From the IMG/VR virus record IMGVR_UViG_3300042210_000075, positions 1-55,543 of that record: a stretch of DNA of 55,543 nucleotides. One strand, given 5' to 3'. This document shows positions 1-9,900 of this stretch, one piece after another (position 1 is the first letter of the stretch; each line of letters begins with the position of its first letter). Source of the stretch: a virus (taxonomy: Duplodnaviria; Caudoviricetes). Both the position numbers and the translations under genes were made by a program. Under the pieces are notes generated by a model that made no database searches, had not been told where the DNA came from, and saw only the letters and a list, made by a program, of their open reading frames with translations.

Positions 1-840
1 CTAAACATGCTCAAAGTAATCATCCAGCATTGGCGTTAATAGTGATAGCCACTTTCCATACGCATACGAATTAAGGTGAAGGTCGTCTGCACTGCATGTT
101 AATGGCAAGACACCTTGCGGGCATATTACTGCATTCAAATCGATGTACTTTGCTCCAGTGTTGTTACACAGTTTGATGAGTTCATGGTTTAACTGTGCTA
201 CCAGAGGATTTAACTCGTTTAGACGCTGACCAACAAATAACGTCGATTGTACCCACACCTCGATATCTCTCTGATGCCAGTAGTTCAGCATCTGGCTATA
301 GTTCTCCATAATTTCGTCAACTCGATAGCCTTGAGACAAATCGTTAATTCCAGCCATCATGCAGATGAGTTTTGGCTGACAGGCGGTGGTGCTTTCGATT
401 CGATACTTCATTCCATCCGTTGTATCGCCACTCAAACCACGGTTTGCTAACGTCACGCCTTGAATACTATCGTGCCAAGGCCCCCATTCTGTTATGGAAT
501 CACCATACATCACCAGTTCGACAGGTTTTGCAAAAGCTATGTGGTTATCTTGGGTTTGCATAAATCGGATCACCTTTTGAGTACGTTGATTAAGATCGAG
601 CGACTGAGCAATCTGCTTAAACTGCTCTGGAGCAATATTGAAATCTTCAAGTGATTGGGTTAGCTTCTCAACGTCTGTTTTAAATCTCGAAATTCGAGTA
701 GTTAAATCGTATTCATCACGTAATGTATATAGCTGTTCGACCAGAGTGTAAAAATGTTGGGAAGGGTTAGCTTGATAGAGCTTTACTAAGTCTAGGCATT
801 CAGCGTTCGTGAGTTCATTTAAAAGCTCTTCTCTGGTCAT
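1..840 (-). CDS. SGNH/GDSL-family hydrolase (host)
   Basis: Blocks GDSITE, NRGLSG, MAGIND and DDLH. Confidence 0.85.
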   Translation of the reverse strand: MTREELLNELTNAECLDLVKLYQANPSQHFYTLVEQLYTLRDEYDLTTRISRFKTDVEKLTQSLEDFNIAPEQFKQIAQSLDLNQRTQKVIRFMQTQDNHIAFAKPVELVMYGDSITEWGPWHDSIQGVTLANRGLSGDTTDGMKYRIESTTACQPKLICMMAGINDLSQGYRVDEIMENYSQMLNYWHQRDIEVWVQSTLFVGQRLNELNPLVAQLNHELIKLCNNTGAKYIDLNAVICPQGVLPLTCSADDLHLNSYAYGKWLSLLTPMLDDYFEHV

Positions 841-1001
841 TTATTGACTCCTTTCTTCTCATCTGATGATAAAACAGATGAAAGTCTTACATTTGCCATC
901 ATTTTTTTCGGAAAATGCTGGTAAGGGCTTGCTATTACCCTACAAGACGCATAACACTCTCACCTCAAGAACGATGAATATAACCACGAATAAGGGGCAA
1001 T

Positions 1002-2228
1002 ATGAATCATTTGATATCAGTAAGTGCACTTGAGTCATTTTTAGTTGCAATCAGTGTACTTTTCCTAGGGCATTTCATTAATGCCAAGTTGCCAATTCTC
1101 AACAAATTTAACATTCCAGAGCCAATTGTTGGCGGCTTGATTATCGCCTGCGCTATTACAGTACTGCATTTTTATGGCGTTGATTTAGAGTTTGATTTAC
1201 CACTACAAAACACATTCATGTTGATGTTCTTCGCCACGGTTGGTCTTGCGGCCAACTATACTCAGCTGATGAAAGGCGGAGCAAAAGTGTTTATTTTCTT
1301 AGCTATCGCATCCGTCTATATCATCATCCAAAACGCCGTGGGGGTGTCACTGGCAACGGCCTTGGGTTTAGAGCCACTGATGGGCTTGATAGCAGGTTCA
1401 ATTACGTTGTCTGGCGGCCACGGCACAGGAGCGGCTTGGTCTCAGACTTTCCAAGATGTCTATGGCATGAATAACGTTCTCGAAATCGCAATGGCATCGG
1501 CTACTTTTGGTCTGATCATCGGCGGCATTATCGGCAGCCCTGTTGCACAACGTCTGGTGGAAAAGAATAACATTGAGTCTGAGTACGGCAGAGGTTCTAA
1601 AACGCACGAGAAATTCCCAGAATTGGTTACCTACAATGAGTATGAAGAAGATAAAGTGACAGCAAAGAAAGTCATTGAGAAGCTGTTCTTTCTACTTATC
1701 TGCGTGACTGGAGCAAAGTATTTGGAACTTTGGGTCAGCTCTTATGAAATCTCATGGCTGATGATTCCCGACTTTGTCTACGCCTTGTTTATTGGTGTCA
1801 TCATTACCAACTTCTTAGAAGTCACTAAAATCCGAAAATTAGACGCTGAAACCATCGATATGTTGGGTACAGTATCTTTAGCCTTGTTCCTAGCCATGGC
1901 GCTAATGAGCCTTAAACTGTGGAACATTTTCGACCTTGCTATTCCGTTCTTAGTCATTTTGGCGGTTCAGTCAGCCATGCTTGCGGTATTTACCTATTAT
2001 GTAACGTTTAAAGTCATGGGCAGCAACTATGACGCGGCGGTTATTTCGGGGGGACACTGTGGTTTTGGTTTAGGAGCAACGCCTACAGCGGTAATGAATA
2101 TGGGTTCTATCGTTAACCGTTTTGGACCATCACCCCAGGCTTTCATGGTGGTTCCCATTGTCGGAGCATTCTTCATCGACATTGTTAACCTGATCATCCT
2201 ACAGGGCTACATATCGTTTTTAGGTTAA
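1002..2228 (+). CDS. gltS: Sodium/glutamate symporter (host)
   Basis: 408-aa polytopic membrane protein; IPEPIVGG, GSITLSGGHGTG, GFGLGATPTA motifs. Confidence 0.93.
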   Translation: MNHLISVSALESFLVAISVLFLGHFINAKLPILNKFNIPEPIVGGLIIACAITVLHFYGVDLEFDLPLQNTFMLMFFATVGLAANYTQLMKGGAKVFIFLAIASVYIIIQNAVGVSLATALGLEPLMGLIAGSITLSGGHGTGAAWSQTFQDVYGMNNVLEIAMASATFGLIIGGIIGSPVAQRLVEKNNIESEYGRGSKTHEKFPELVTYNEYEEDKVTAKKVIEKLFFLLICVTGAKYLELWVSSYEISWLMIPDFVYALFIGVIITNFLEVTKIRKLDAETIDMLGTVSLALFLAMALMSLKLWNIFDLAIPFLVILAVQSAMLAVFTYYVTFKVMGSNYDAAVISGGHCGFGLGATPTAVMNMGSIVNRFGPSPQAFMVVPIVGAFFIDIVNLIILQGYISFLG

Positions 2229-2249
2229 GCAGACCTAAAGGCTAGATAC

Positions 2250-2282
2250 AAAGAAAGGTACGCAATGCGTACCTTTCTTTTT
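2250..2282 (+). terminator. Intrinsic terminator of gltS
   Basis: AAAGAAAGGTACGCA-A-TGCGTACCTTTCTTT inverted repeat plus T run. Confidence 0.85.
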
Positions 2283-2290
2283 CAGATAAG

Positions 2291-2316
2291 AAAAAAGACG
2301 CCATCAGGCGTCTTTT
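2291..2316 (-). terminator. Native tRNA-Ser terminator displaced by prophage insertion
   Basis: Minus strand GACGCC-TGAT-GGCGTC-TTTTTT directly after the duplicated tRNA 3' end. Confidence 0.75.
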
Positions 2317-2323
2317 AACATTA

Positions 2324-2340
2324 ATTTGGCGGTGAGCAAG
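2324..2340. repeat. att core, distal copy (duplicated tRNA-Ser 3' end)
   Basis: ATTTGGCGGTGAGCAAG identical to 54844-54860. Confidence 0.93.
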
Positions 2341-2402
2341 GAATCAGGATTTAACACGCAACTAATTGAAATAAATACCTATCTAAAAGCAATTTCCTTT
2401 TC

Positions 2403-2423
2403 TGTGTTTCTCTATGTGTTTCT
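2403..2423 (+). promoter_or_regulatory. Putative integrase arm-type sites
   Basis: TGTGTTTCT x2, 12-bp period; matches TGTGTTACT boxes at 54537-54737. Confidence 0.6.
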
Positions 2424-2511
2424 TACAGCAATCCATTAGACACGATAGTTGATTTTTAAAGCTAACACGGCTCCTTAATATCAATCAAAAGGACAATTAA
2501 CATCAAATAAA

Positions 2512-2563
2512 TGACACGTAAGAGACATAATAATTTGCGAACAAGGATTCGACTTTGTATTAT
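2512..2563 (+). promoter_or_regulatory. Operator (2512-2527) and sigma70 promoter of the rha/helicase/MTase operon
   Basis: TGACACGTAAGAGACA, then TTGCGA-17-TATTAT. Confidence 0.6.
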
Positions 2564-2599
2564 TTATCCGCAGACCATAAATGATACAAAGGAAATTGT

Positions 2600-3370
2600 A
2601 TGTCAGCCACAAGCCTTGTTAGTCATTCCGCGATAACTTCAGCACATCAGCACGTGCTCACTATGTCGAGCAAAGAGATTGCTGAGGTAGTTCAATCTCG
2701 TCATGACTCAGTTAAGCGAACGATTGAAAGACTCAAAGAAAGAGGTTTAATCACTTTTACACCATCGGTGGAAAACCCTGATATTCGAGTCGGCAGACCT
2801 TCAACCATCTATTACGTTAATAAGCGTGATAGCTATGTAGTTGTTGCTCAGCTATCACCAGAGTTCACTTCAAAACTAGTAGACCGATGGCAAGAACTGG
2901 AAGCTAGCCAAGGTTTGTATCTCCCTGACTTTAGCAACCCTGCGGAAGCGGCTCGCGCTTGGGCACATGAGTTTGAACAGAAACAACTGGAGTCTCAACG
3001 AGCCAACCAAGCTGAAGCTGAAGTCAACCGTCTACAAGGTGTGTGTAACGCAGTCGCGGCTCAGTTTATTACTGGAATGACTCCACCAGCATTTTGTAAG
3101 CAGCTGAACGGCGTAAACATCCAGCAAGTAAACCATCACTTAGTATCCATTGGCGCCTTAATCAAAACCAAATGTGGGTTTGAACCTGCCGCCTACTATC
3201 GCGATCGATATTTCAAAGTTTCTTTTGAAGAACACAACGGTACACGCGCTGTGCTAGGCCTGACTTTGAAAGGGGCGAAATGGCTATACAGCCACTACAT
3301 CAATAAGAAGCTACCCATGAAGAAAGATTGGGACGGCAGAACTTCGCACATCCTTTTCGCTGACTCATAA
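2600..3370 (+). CDS. Rha-family regulator / antirepressor
   Basis: MSSKEIAE..RHDSVKR..LVDRWQELE Rha N-terminus, LPDFSNPAEAARAWA linker, KilAC/ANT-like C-terminus. Confidence 0.8.
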   Translation: MSATSLVSHSAITSAHQHVLTMSSKEIAEVVQSRHDSVKRTIERLKERGLITFTPSVENPDIRVGRPSTIYYVNKRDSYVVVAQLSPEFTSKLVDRWQELEASQGLYLPDFSNPAEAARAWAHEFEQKQLESQRANQAEAEVNRLQGVCNAVAAQFITGMTPPAFCKQLNGVNIQQVNHHLVSIGALIKTKCGFEPAAYYRDRYFKVSFEEHNGTRAVLGLTLKGAKWLYSHYINKKLPMKKDWDGRTSHILFADS

Positions 3371-3400
3371 GATATTTTTAACTCACAAGGTAAAGACCAA

Positions 3401-5479
3401 ATGACCAACCAAAATATAACTTACTACGGCAAGCTTTCGCTTGAAGAAGATCACCGCTGGAAGCTATCTGATATAAAGCCTCATGTCTCTCTACGGCTCA
3501 AACAACTATTCCCACGCATAAGCCAAGGTAAGCTTCCACCATTTTTCCTAAATGATGTATTGGATACAGCTTCAGATCTTGTTTGGTTTATGAACCGATA
3601 CCCGTTCGAGATGAACCACAGTGATGAAAAGCATCTTCACTCTCAACACAGCCTTTATCTGGATAAACAAGCTTCGAACGAAGCAATATTGAATCCAGAC
3701 TACACCCCTAAAGATCGGGTCGGATTTAAAGACGGAAAAGCATTACGACCATATCAAGCAGTTGCAGTCGATTTCGCTGAATCTGTTAAGTCAGCATTGA
3801 TACTAGATGAGATCGGATTGGGGAAAACTATCGAAGGCCTTGGATTAGCGACAATTCCTGACGCCCTACCTTTGGTCATCGTGGTTCAGCCACATCTTCA
3901 CCAACAATGGTATGAGAAAGCACTAGAGTTTATTGAAGCCAATGTACATAAAGTTGAAGGAAATAAACCTTACAGTTTGCCATCTGCCGACATCTACATA
4001 ATGAAATACAACCAGCTACCACACTGGATTGACATACTTACCCAAGGCTGGGTTAAAGGCATTGCTTTTGATGAAATTCAAGAACTCCGCCGTGGTGCGG
4101 ATGCCCTTAAGGGATACGCTGCTAAACAAATATGCCAGGCGGTTACATATAAGGTCGGCTTAACAGCAAGTCTTATCTACAACTACGGCATCGAGTCATT
4201 CAACATCGCTAGCATACTTCGTCCAGATATTCTCGGCACTAGAGAAGAATTCTTGCGTGAATGGTGCACTGAGAAAAATGATAAAGGCATAGTTAAAGAT
4301 CCCGACGCTTTAGGAGCATATCTTCGAGAGCAAAGTTTGATTATCCGTCGAACTAAAGAAGATGTCGGACAACAAGCTAAACAGTTATCGCCTCATATTG
4401 AGTGGGTTGAACACAGTTCCAAAGCAGTATCAGACCTTGAAGAACTTACAAAACAGCTGGCAATGAAAACCTTTAGCTCAGACTTTAGCGAAGCAGGTCA
4501 AGCATCGCGCGAGTTTGATTTAAAGATGCGCCAAATGACAGGTGTATCTAAAGCAAAACAAGTAGCGGCTTATGTACGTATGTTTGTGAACTCAGGTGAG
4601 CCTGTATTGCTCTATGGATGGCATAGAGAAGTTTATAACATTTGGATGAGTGAGTTAGCTGACCTTAATCCGATAATGTTTACAGGTTCAGAGACAGCGA
4701 ACCAAAAAGAAAAAGCCAAACAAAGTTTTATCAACGGTGACAGCAAAGTTTTGATCATGAGCTTGGGTTCTGGCGCTGGCATAGATGGACTTCAGCACGT
4801 GTGCTCTACCGTTGTGTTTGGTGAATTCGCATGGTCTAGCGAAATCCATAGGCAGTGCATTGGGCGCGTAGACAGGGATGGTCAACAGAAAGAAGTGTTT
4901 ACGTTCTATGTTGCTACTAACTTTGGCTCTGACCCTGAAATTATCGATGTGTTAGGTCTGAAATCAGACCAAAGCCACGGCATTATGAACCCGTATAGAG
5001 GCGGAGAAATAGCTAAGCAAACAGATTCAAACCGTATTAAAAAGCTAGCCGCAAGGTACTTAGAATCTCAGGGAATTAAGGTTCCAGAAAAAGAATCCAA
5101 ACATAAGGAAAGCACGTCAGAGAAAGACATCAACAACCTACTTTCGGTTCTTCAAACTGGTAGCTTTTCGGTGATGGATGAGAAAGTAACCCAAAGCCAG
5201 ATTGAATCCCTGCTAAATGACAACAACATCACTTTTGAAAGAGAGAAGCGGTTCCCAAGTGGGATCGTTGATTTCTTCCTATCGCAAACTGGCATTGCGC
5301 TGGAAGTAAAGGCGAACAAACAGTGGGGAAAGATGGATGTATTTAGGCAGTGCGAACGCTATTGCCAAGAGCCTGAAGTTAAAGGGCTTGTATTAGCGAC
5401 AGCGAGAATACAAGGGCTACCTAAAGAAATATCAGGTAAGCCAGCAAAAGTCTTTCAACTAAGTTTAACTGCGCTCTGA
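3401..5479 (+). CDS. SNF2-like helicase with C-terminal PD-(D/E)XK-like nuclease domain
   Basis: LRPYQ, DEIGLGKT, FDEIQ, LTAS, GAGIDGLQ, QCIGRVDRDGQ; C-terminal IVDF..ALEVK..QCERY. Confidence 0.8.
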   Translation: MTNQNITYYGKLSLEEDHRWKLSDIKPHVSLRLKQLFPRISQGKLPPFFLNDVLDTASDLVWFMNRYPFEMNHSDEKHLHSQHSLYLDKQASNEAILNPDYTPKDRVGFKDGKALRPYQAVAVDFAESVKSALILDEIGLGKTIEGLGLATIPDALPLVIVVQPHLHQQWYEKALEFIEANVHKVEGNKPYSLPSADIYIMKYNQLPHWIDILTQGWVKGIAFDEIQELRRGADALKGYAAKQICQAVTYKVGLTASLIYNYGIESFNIASILRPDILGTREEFLREWCTEKNDKGIVKDPDALGAYLREQSLIIRRTKEDVGQQAKQLSPHIEWVEHSSKAVSDLEELTKQLAMKTFSSDFSEAGQASREFDLKMRQMTGVSKAKQVAAYVRMFVNSGEPVLLYGWHREVYNIWMSELADLNPIMFTGSETANQKEKAKQSFINGDSKVLIMSLGSGAGIDGLQHVCSTVVFGEFAWSSEIHRQCIGRVDRDGQQKEVFTFYVATNFGSDPEIIDVLGLKSDQSHGIMNPYRGGEIAKQTDSNRIKKLAARYLESQGIKVPEKESKHKESTSEKDINNLLSVLQTGSFSVMDEKVTQSQIESLLNDNNITFEREKRFPSGIVDFFLSQTGIALEVKANKQWGKMDVFRQCERYCQEPEVKGLVLATARIQGLPKEISGKPAKVFQLSLTAL

Positions 5480-5488
5480 GGTACCAGT

Positions 5489-5683
5489 ATGAACAAAATT
5501 AAAATTCCATCCATATTGTGTGCGGGCATCATAGTCATCGCCGCTGGATGCTTTGTTAGCTCCCTGAACATTCCTAGCGAATACAAAACAATTACGGCTT
5601 ACGCGATTGCCTGTGTGACTGTTTATGTGTTGTACGCAACCCTTGGTGAGCTAAGCCATGATGATTGGGAGGATGACCTGTGA
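5489..5683 (+). CDS. Small membrane protein
   Basis: Two hydrophobic segments, GAGG RBS, in operon. Confidence 0.6.
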   Translation: MNKIKIPSILCAGIIVIAAGCFVSSLNIPSEYKTITAYAIACVTVYVLYATLGELSHDDWEDDL

Positions 5684-5949
5684 TTAATTGGATATCGATA
5701 AGCATTCCATACCCTTCACTTGGGTTTTGGACTCTGTACCTCTGCTTAGGTAGCGTGATCTTGATGGGTATCACCATTCGAACAGCTTGGGTAACTGGAG
5801 GTAAAAGTAAGTTCCTCAAAGTGAGTGTATTTGAGCAATTCTACACAGTCATGATCTTATGGATTATCTGGCCTTTATGTATTTATTGCGTGTGGGACCT
5901 TCTGACCAGAAAGAACCATGATCACTATTATGATCAAAGCGAGCGTTGA
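5680..5949 (+). CDS. Small membrane protein
   Basis: GTGA overlap with upstream gene; two hydrophobic segments. Confidence 0.6.
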   Translation: MINWISISIPYPSLGFWTLYLCLGSVILMGITIRTAWVTGGKSKFLKVSVFEQFYTVMILWIIWPLCIYCVWDLLTRKNHDHYYDQSER

Positions 5950-6870
5950 ATGATTGACTTACAGCATGGTGATTGTCTAGGGCTGCTAGACAAAATACCT
6001 GATAACAGCATTGACCTAATTTGTGCAGATTTACCTTACGGCACCACTCGATGTGCATGGGACACGTTAATAGATCTTGATGTGTTATGGCCTAAATTGA
6101 AACGAATCGCTAAAGAACGCGCTGCAATTATTCTGTTTGCTCAAACTCCATTTGATAAAGCATTGGGAGCTTCAAACCTTCCAATGCTTCGCTACGAATG
6201 GATTTGGGAAAAGACTAACGCCACTGGGTTCTTTAACGCGAAGAAGATGCCACTTAAGGCTCATGAAAACGTTTTAGTCTTTTACAAGAAGCTTCCTGTT
6301 TATAACGCACAAAAAACAACAGGCCATGAAAGGAAGACTGCAGGACGAAAAGAGATTGGTAGCGAGGTGTATGGGAAATCAGTCAGAAAGACTTTCTATG
6401 ACTCAACAGAGCGGTACCCAAGAAGCGTCATTAAGTTCAAGAGCGACAGGTACCACTCAAATTTACACCCAACACAAAAGCCTCTTTCTCTTCTCGAGTA
6501 CATCGTCAAAACATACAGTAACGAAGGTGATGTCGTATTGGATTTCTGTATGGGGTCTGGTACCGCAGGTGTTGCTGCTAAAACACTAGGGCGTTCTTTT
6601 GTAGGGATTGAAAAAGAGAAAAAGTACTTCGACATAGCAACAGCCAGAATAGAATCTAGAGATACAATTATAGAAACCAACAGCATAAGTCACACAAGTA
6701 AAGGGGCATATATCACGCATAAAATAAGGACATCAGCTAGTGAGCAAAAAATTATTGATGCCATAAATGTACTCAGCAACAACGGAGAAAAAGTCAGTAA
6801 AGTTTCTGTATCTAAATTATGCGGTATTTCTCGGGAGCAGATAAGCCGACGATATAACCACCTATTCTAA
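5950..6870 (+). CDS. Beta-class N4/N6 DNA methyltransferase with C-terminal HTH
   Basis: DLPY before HPTQKP and LDFCMGSGT; C-terminal SKVSVSKLCGISREQISR. Confidence 0.9.
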   Translation: MIDLQHGDCLGLLDKIPDNSIDLICADLPYGTTRCAWDTLIDLDVLWPKLKRIAKERAAIILFAQTPFDKALGASNLPMLRYEWIWEKTNATGFFNAKKMPLKAHENVLVFYKKLPVYNAQKTTGHERKTAGRKEIGSEVYGKSVRKTFYDSTERYPRSVIKFKSDRYHSNLHPTQKPLSLLEYIVKTYSNEGDVVLDFCMGSGTAGVAAKTLGRSFVGIEKEKKYFDIATARIESRDTIIETNSISHTSKGAYITHKIRTSASEQKIIDAINVLSNNGEKVSKVSVSKLCGISREQISRRYNHLF

Positions 6871-6880
6871 ATAAGCAAAT

Positions 6881-6904
6881 AGCCCCATCCTTGGGGCTTT
6901 TCTT
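6881..6904 (+). terminator. Intrinsic terminator between convergent operons
   Basis: AGCCCCA-TCCT-TGGGGCT-TTT. Confidence 0.7.
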
Positions 6905-9900
6905 TAGAAGTAATCATAGTCAGTGAGCAACGAACGGTACTTGTCGTTAATACGTACCCCTGAACTAGTTTTCTGCAGATTCTTAACGCGAGCTTTGATC
7001 GAGGTTTGAATTGCCTTACTAGTAATAGGATTCATGCGACCGTACTTACTTTGGTTCCACTTGGCGATCTGCTCCATAACTTGAGACAGAGCTTGCTTGT
7101 CACCTAGGCGGTAGGCCGTGTAGTACCCATTCATTAACTGACTACGTCGCTTAGTTAAATGCGCCTCGTAGTTCTTAGCAGCATTGTTCTCGTCATACTG
7201 GATGTTGGCACGCCCAGACGAGAAGCCAAGAGCCTGACCAGCTAACTCAACAGGCGACATATCTCCTACCACTTGGGCGCCAGTACGAGTAAATACACCT
7301 TCTTCGTTGATGTAACGAGCCATCTTGAGCATGTCTTTAACCACTTTAGGCGACATTTTCTCAGCGCTACGGATGCCGAAGTCATCACCAATATCACTCA
7401 GGCCTTGTGCAAAGCTGAATCCGATACCACCCACAACTGGACCAAGACCTTGTTTGATGTACTCCATGTATTTCTCATCGGTATCGATATCGCGATCGAT
7501 AGAGCGCACCCAAAGGTCATTTAGCGAAATACGTCCAGAGATAGAAGGTAAAGAGCCATACCAAAGTAGCGCGGCATTCTCTTTGCCTACCGCATCAGAC
7601 AACATAGCTTTTAGCTCTACTTCTGCACTCCACGGCTCATCGTCATCTCCAAAGGCGGCTTGTGCTGCATCGGCAGCGATCACCAAAGCACTCAATGGAA
7701 GCGCACCAAGGCCACCAATACCAAACGTCATTGCCAAGGTAGACAGCAGCTGCTTACGTGCTTGTGCTTTTACTTCTGGCGTTTCACCTTTCAGTGACTT
7801 CGCTAAGTTCGACCATAAGTAATACGTCATGTTTTGTGAGTATTGCTTAAACTGCAAGGCAACCGCAGCTAGATCAGACTGCATGAATCGAGCACGGTTC
7901 GTAGAGGTGTAATCGAAGTGACTTTCCCACGTATCCTTAATGGCTTGGTCTATTGCTTTCTGGTGATCACCAAACTTCTCTTTTGCCAGGCGATAAGCAG
8001 ACATGAATGTTACTTCTCGGTTGAACACTTCCGCATTATGGAAAGCCCAACCAATGATATTCATTGCCTTATTCCATGTACCTGAATACTTAGCGTTAGG
8101 ATTTTCAGCAAGACCGGCTAAGTCAGCAGCTTGTGTTACATCGATAACGCCCTGCTTCACGGCTGTTCTGAATGCTTCCAGTTCTTCGCCTTTTAGGAAG
8201 TTACCCATTACACCGTAACCGCGCTTCTTGTCCTTACCAGATAGCAATGCGGTCGCATTACTCAAGAACTCTTTGGATGTGTTCGCCATCATGTAGCTTG
8301 ACTTGGCAAAGCCATGCTTAGAGCCAAGCACAGGAATAGCAACCTGCAGGTTTTGCGTTAAGTTCACCAGCGCAGCAGCTGGCGTTAAACCTAGTAACCA
8401 AGTAAAGCCAATTGACGTCAGCTTTTGCGCCCACGCTGATCGCTGAGGGTTACGAACCCACTCATGGCGCTTATCCATCTCTTCTGTAATGCGGCTAATC
8501 TCCGCATTGTCTGAGCTGCTATCTGCATACTTTTTAATGGCAACCAAATGGTTATCGAGAATATCCATGTGATCCAATCGCGCTTGTTGGCGTGATTGCT
8601 TAAAGCCATTATCTGCCAGAACTCGAATAGCGTCGTTACTAAAACCCTCAACCCCTTTACGGTGAATAAAGTTTCTACGAAGTGAACGCCCGGGCAATGT
8701 TCGCAAATACATCTGATAAACCTGATCCGCTAGTGTGTCAGCGTTATGCTGGTTCATCTTGCTGCTACGGATGAGATCAAGCACATCGGCAACAAAAGGT
8801 AGTGACACTTGTTGACCTTCGTTACCTTGTGCTTTCATGCCAGATTTAACTTCAAATCCAGCATCACGCAGATTGTCACGCGCAGTTTCCATCTCAGCTT
8901 TTGATTCAAACATCATGTACTGGCGTTCGCCGTTCTTATCAGCAAAATCTATCCAGTAGTCACCAAAGCGAGCAAGCGGGAAGTAAAGTCCTTTCGCTCT
9001 CAGCTCTTGGCGCTGGCGAAGTTTGGCAAGCATTTCCTTGCGGATTTTCTGATCTTGAACAGCGCGGTTAATGTTCTCTTCAAGTGCTTTGTCAAACCGC
9101 TCACCTTGCTTGATATAGTAATCTCGCATTTCTCTGAACTTGGCTTTTTGCTCAGCATTGAGACGCCCCCATATAGGTTTAAGCCTCAAGTGGTCTTTCT
9201 GGCGATTCGGCTCTTGCTTGAGAAGATCACGTACCTCTTTCAGTTCTTCGTAAATCGCTCGACCACGATCAGAGTTACTACCGCCGTACTCTTTGTATGC
9301 ACGTTCTAAGCGTTGTTTCTCTGTCGTCAGCTCTTCCGTTCTTGAAGCAAATGGTTTACTCGGGTCAACATCAGCAAGTGTTGCATCATGGGCAAACTCA
9401 AAAAGCTGATCAGCGGCTTTGCGGTTCTTCTTAGCCCAGTTAGATAACTCGTCAGAAATCGTCGCAGCTTCTTCCGCTAGCGTGTTCTGAGTTGAGATCA
9501 TCGAGTTAACTTCCTGCTGGTAGCCGTCGATCATCATTTCCAAGTTCTTATCAATAAACCCAGCGACTTCACCCATTTGACGAAGCGTTAGCATGGCGTA
9601 TTTATTGCGGCCTAAAGCTTCAATGGGAGCAAAACCAGAGATCGCCGCCTTAATTCGCTTAACCAAATTCTTTTGTTTGGTGTTCAGAACTTTGTCCACA
9701 TCTGGGCGAGTGTCTCCGCTCAAAGAGTAATTGACTCGTGACTTTCCGCTCGGTGGAGTAGTCGGAGGTGGATTGTTCAAACTTGTTCTAATATTGGTTA
9801 GCAATTCCATGAGATCAGACTTGCCGTAAGAAGCAAGCGTGTTAAACCCATGACGGCGTAACCAAGCTTTTATCTTGGTGATTAACTTACCTACGGCCGA

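Noticed and set aside
3384-3400. CACAAGG motif as CsrA sites
   Set aside because: Most copies have AAGGT rather than the required GGA, and the GACCA half is unexplained by CsrA
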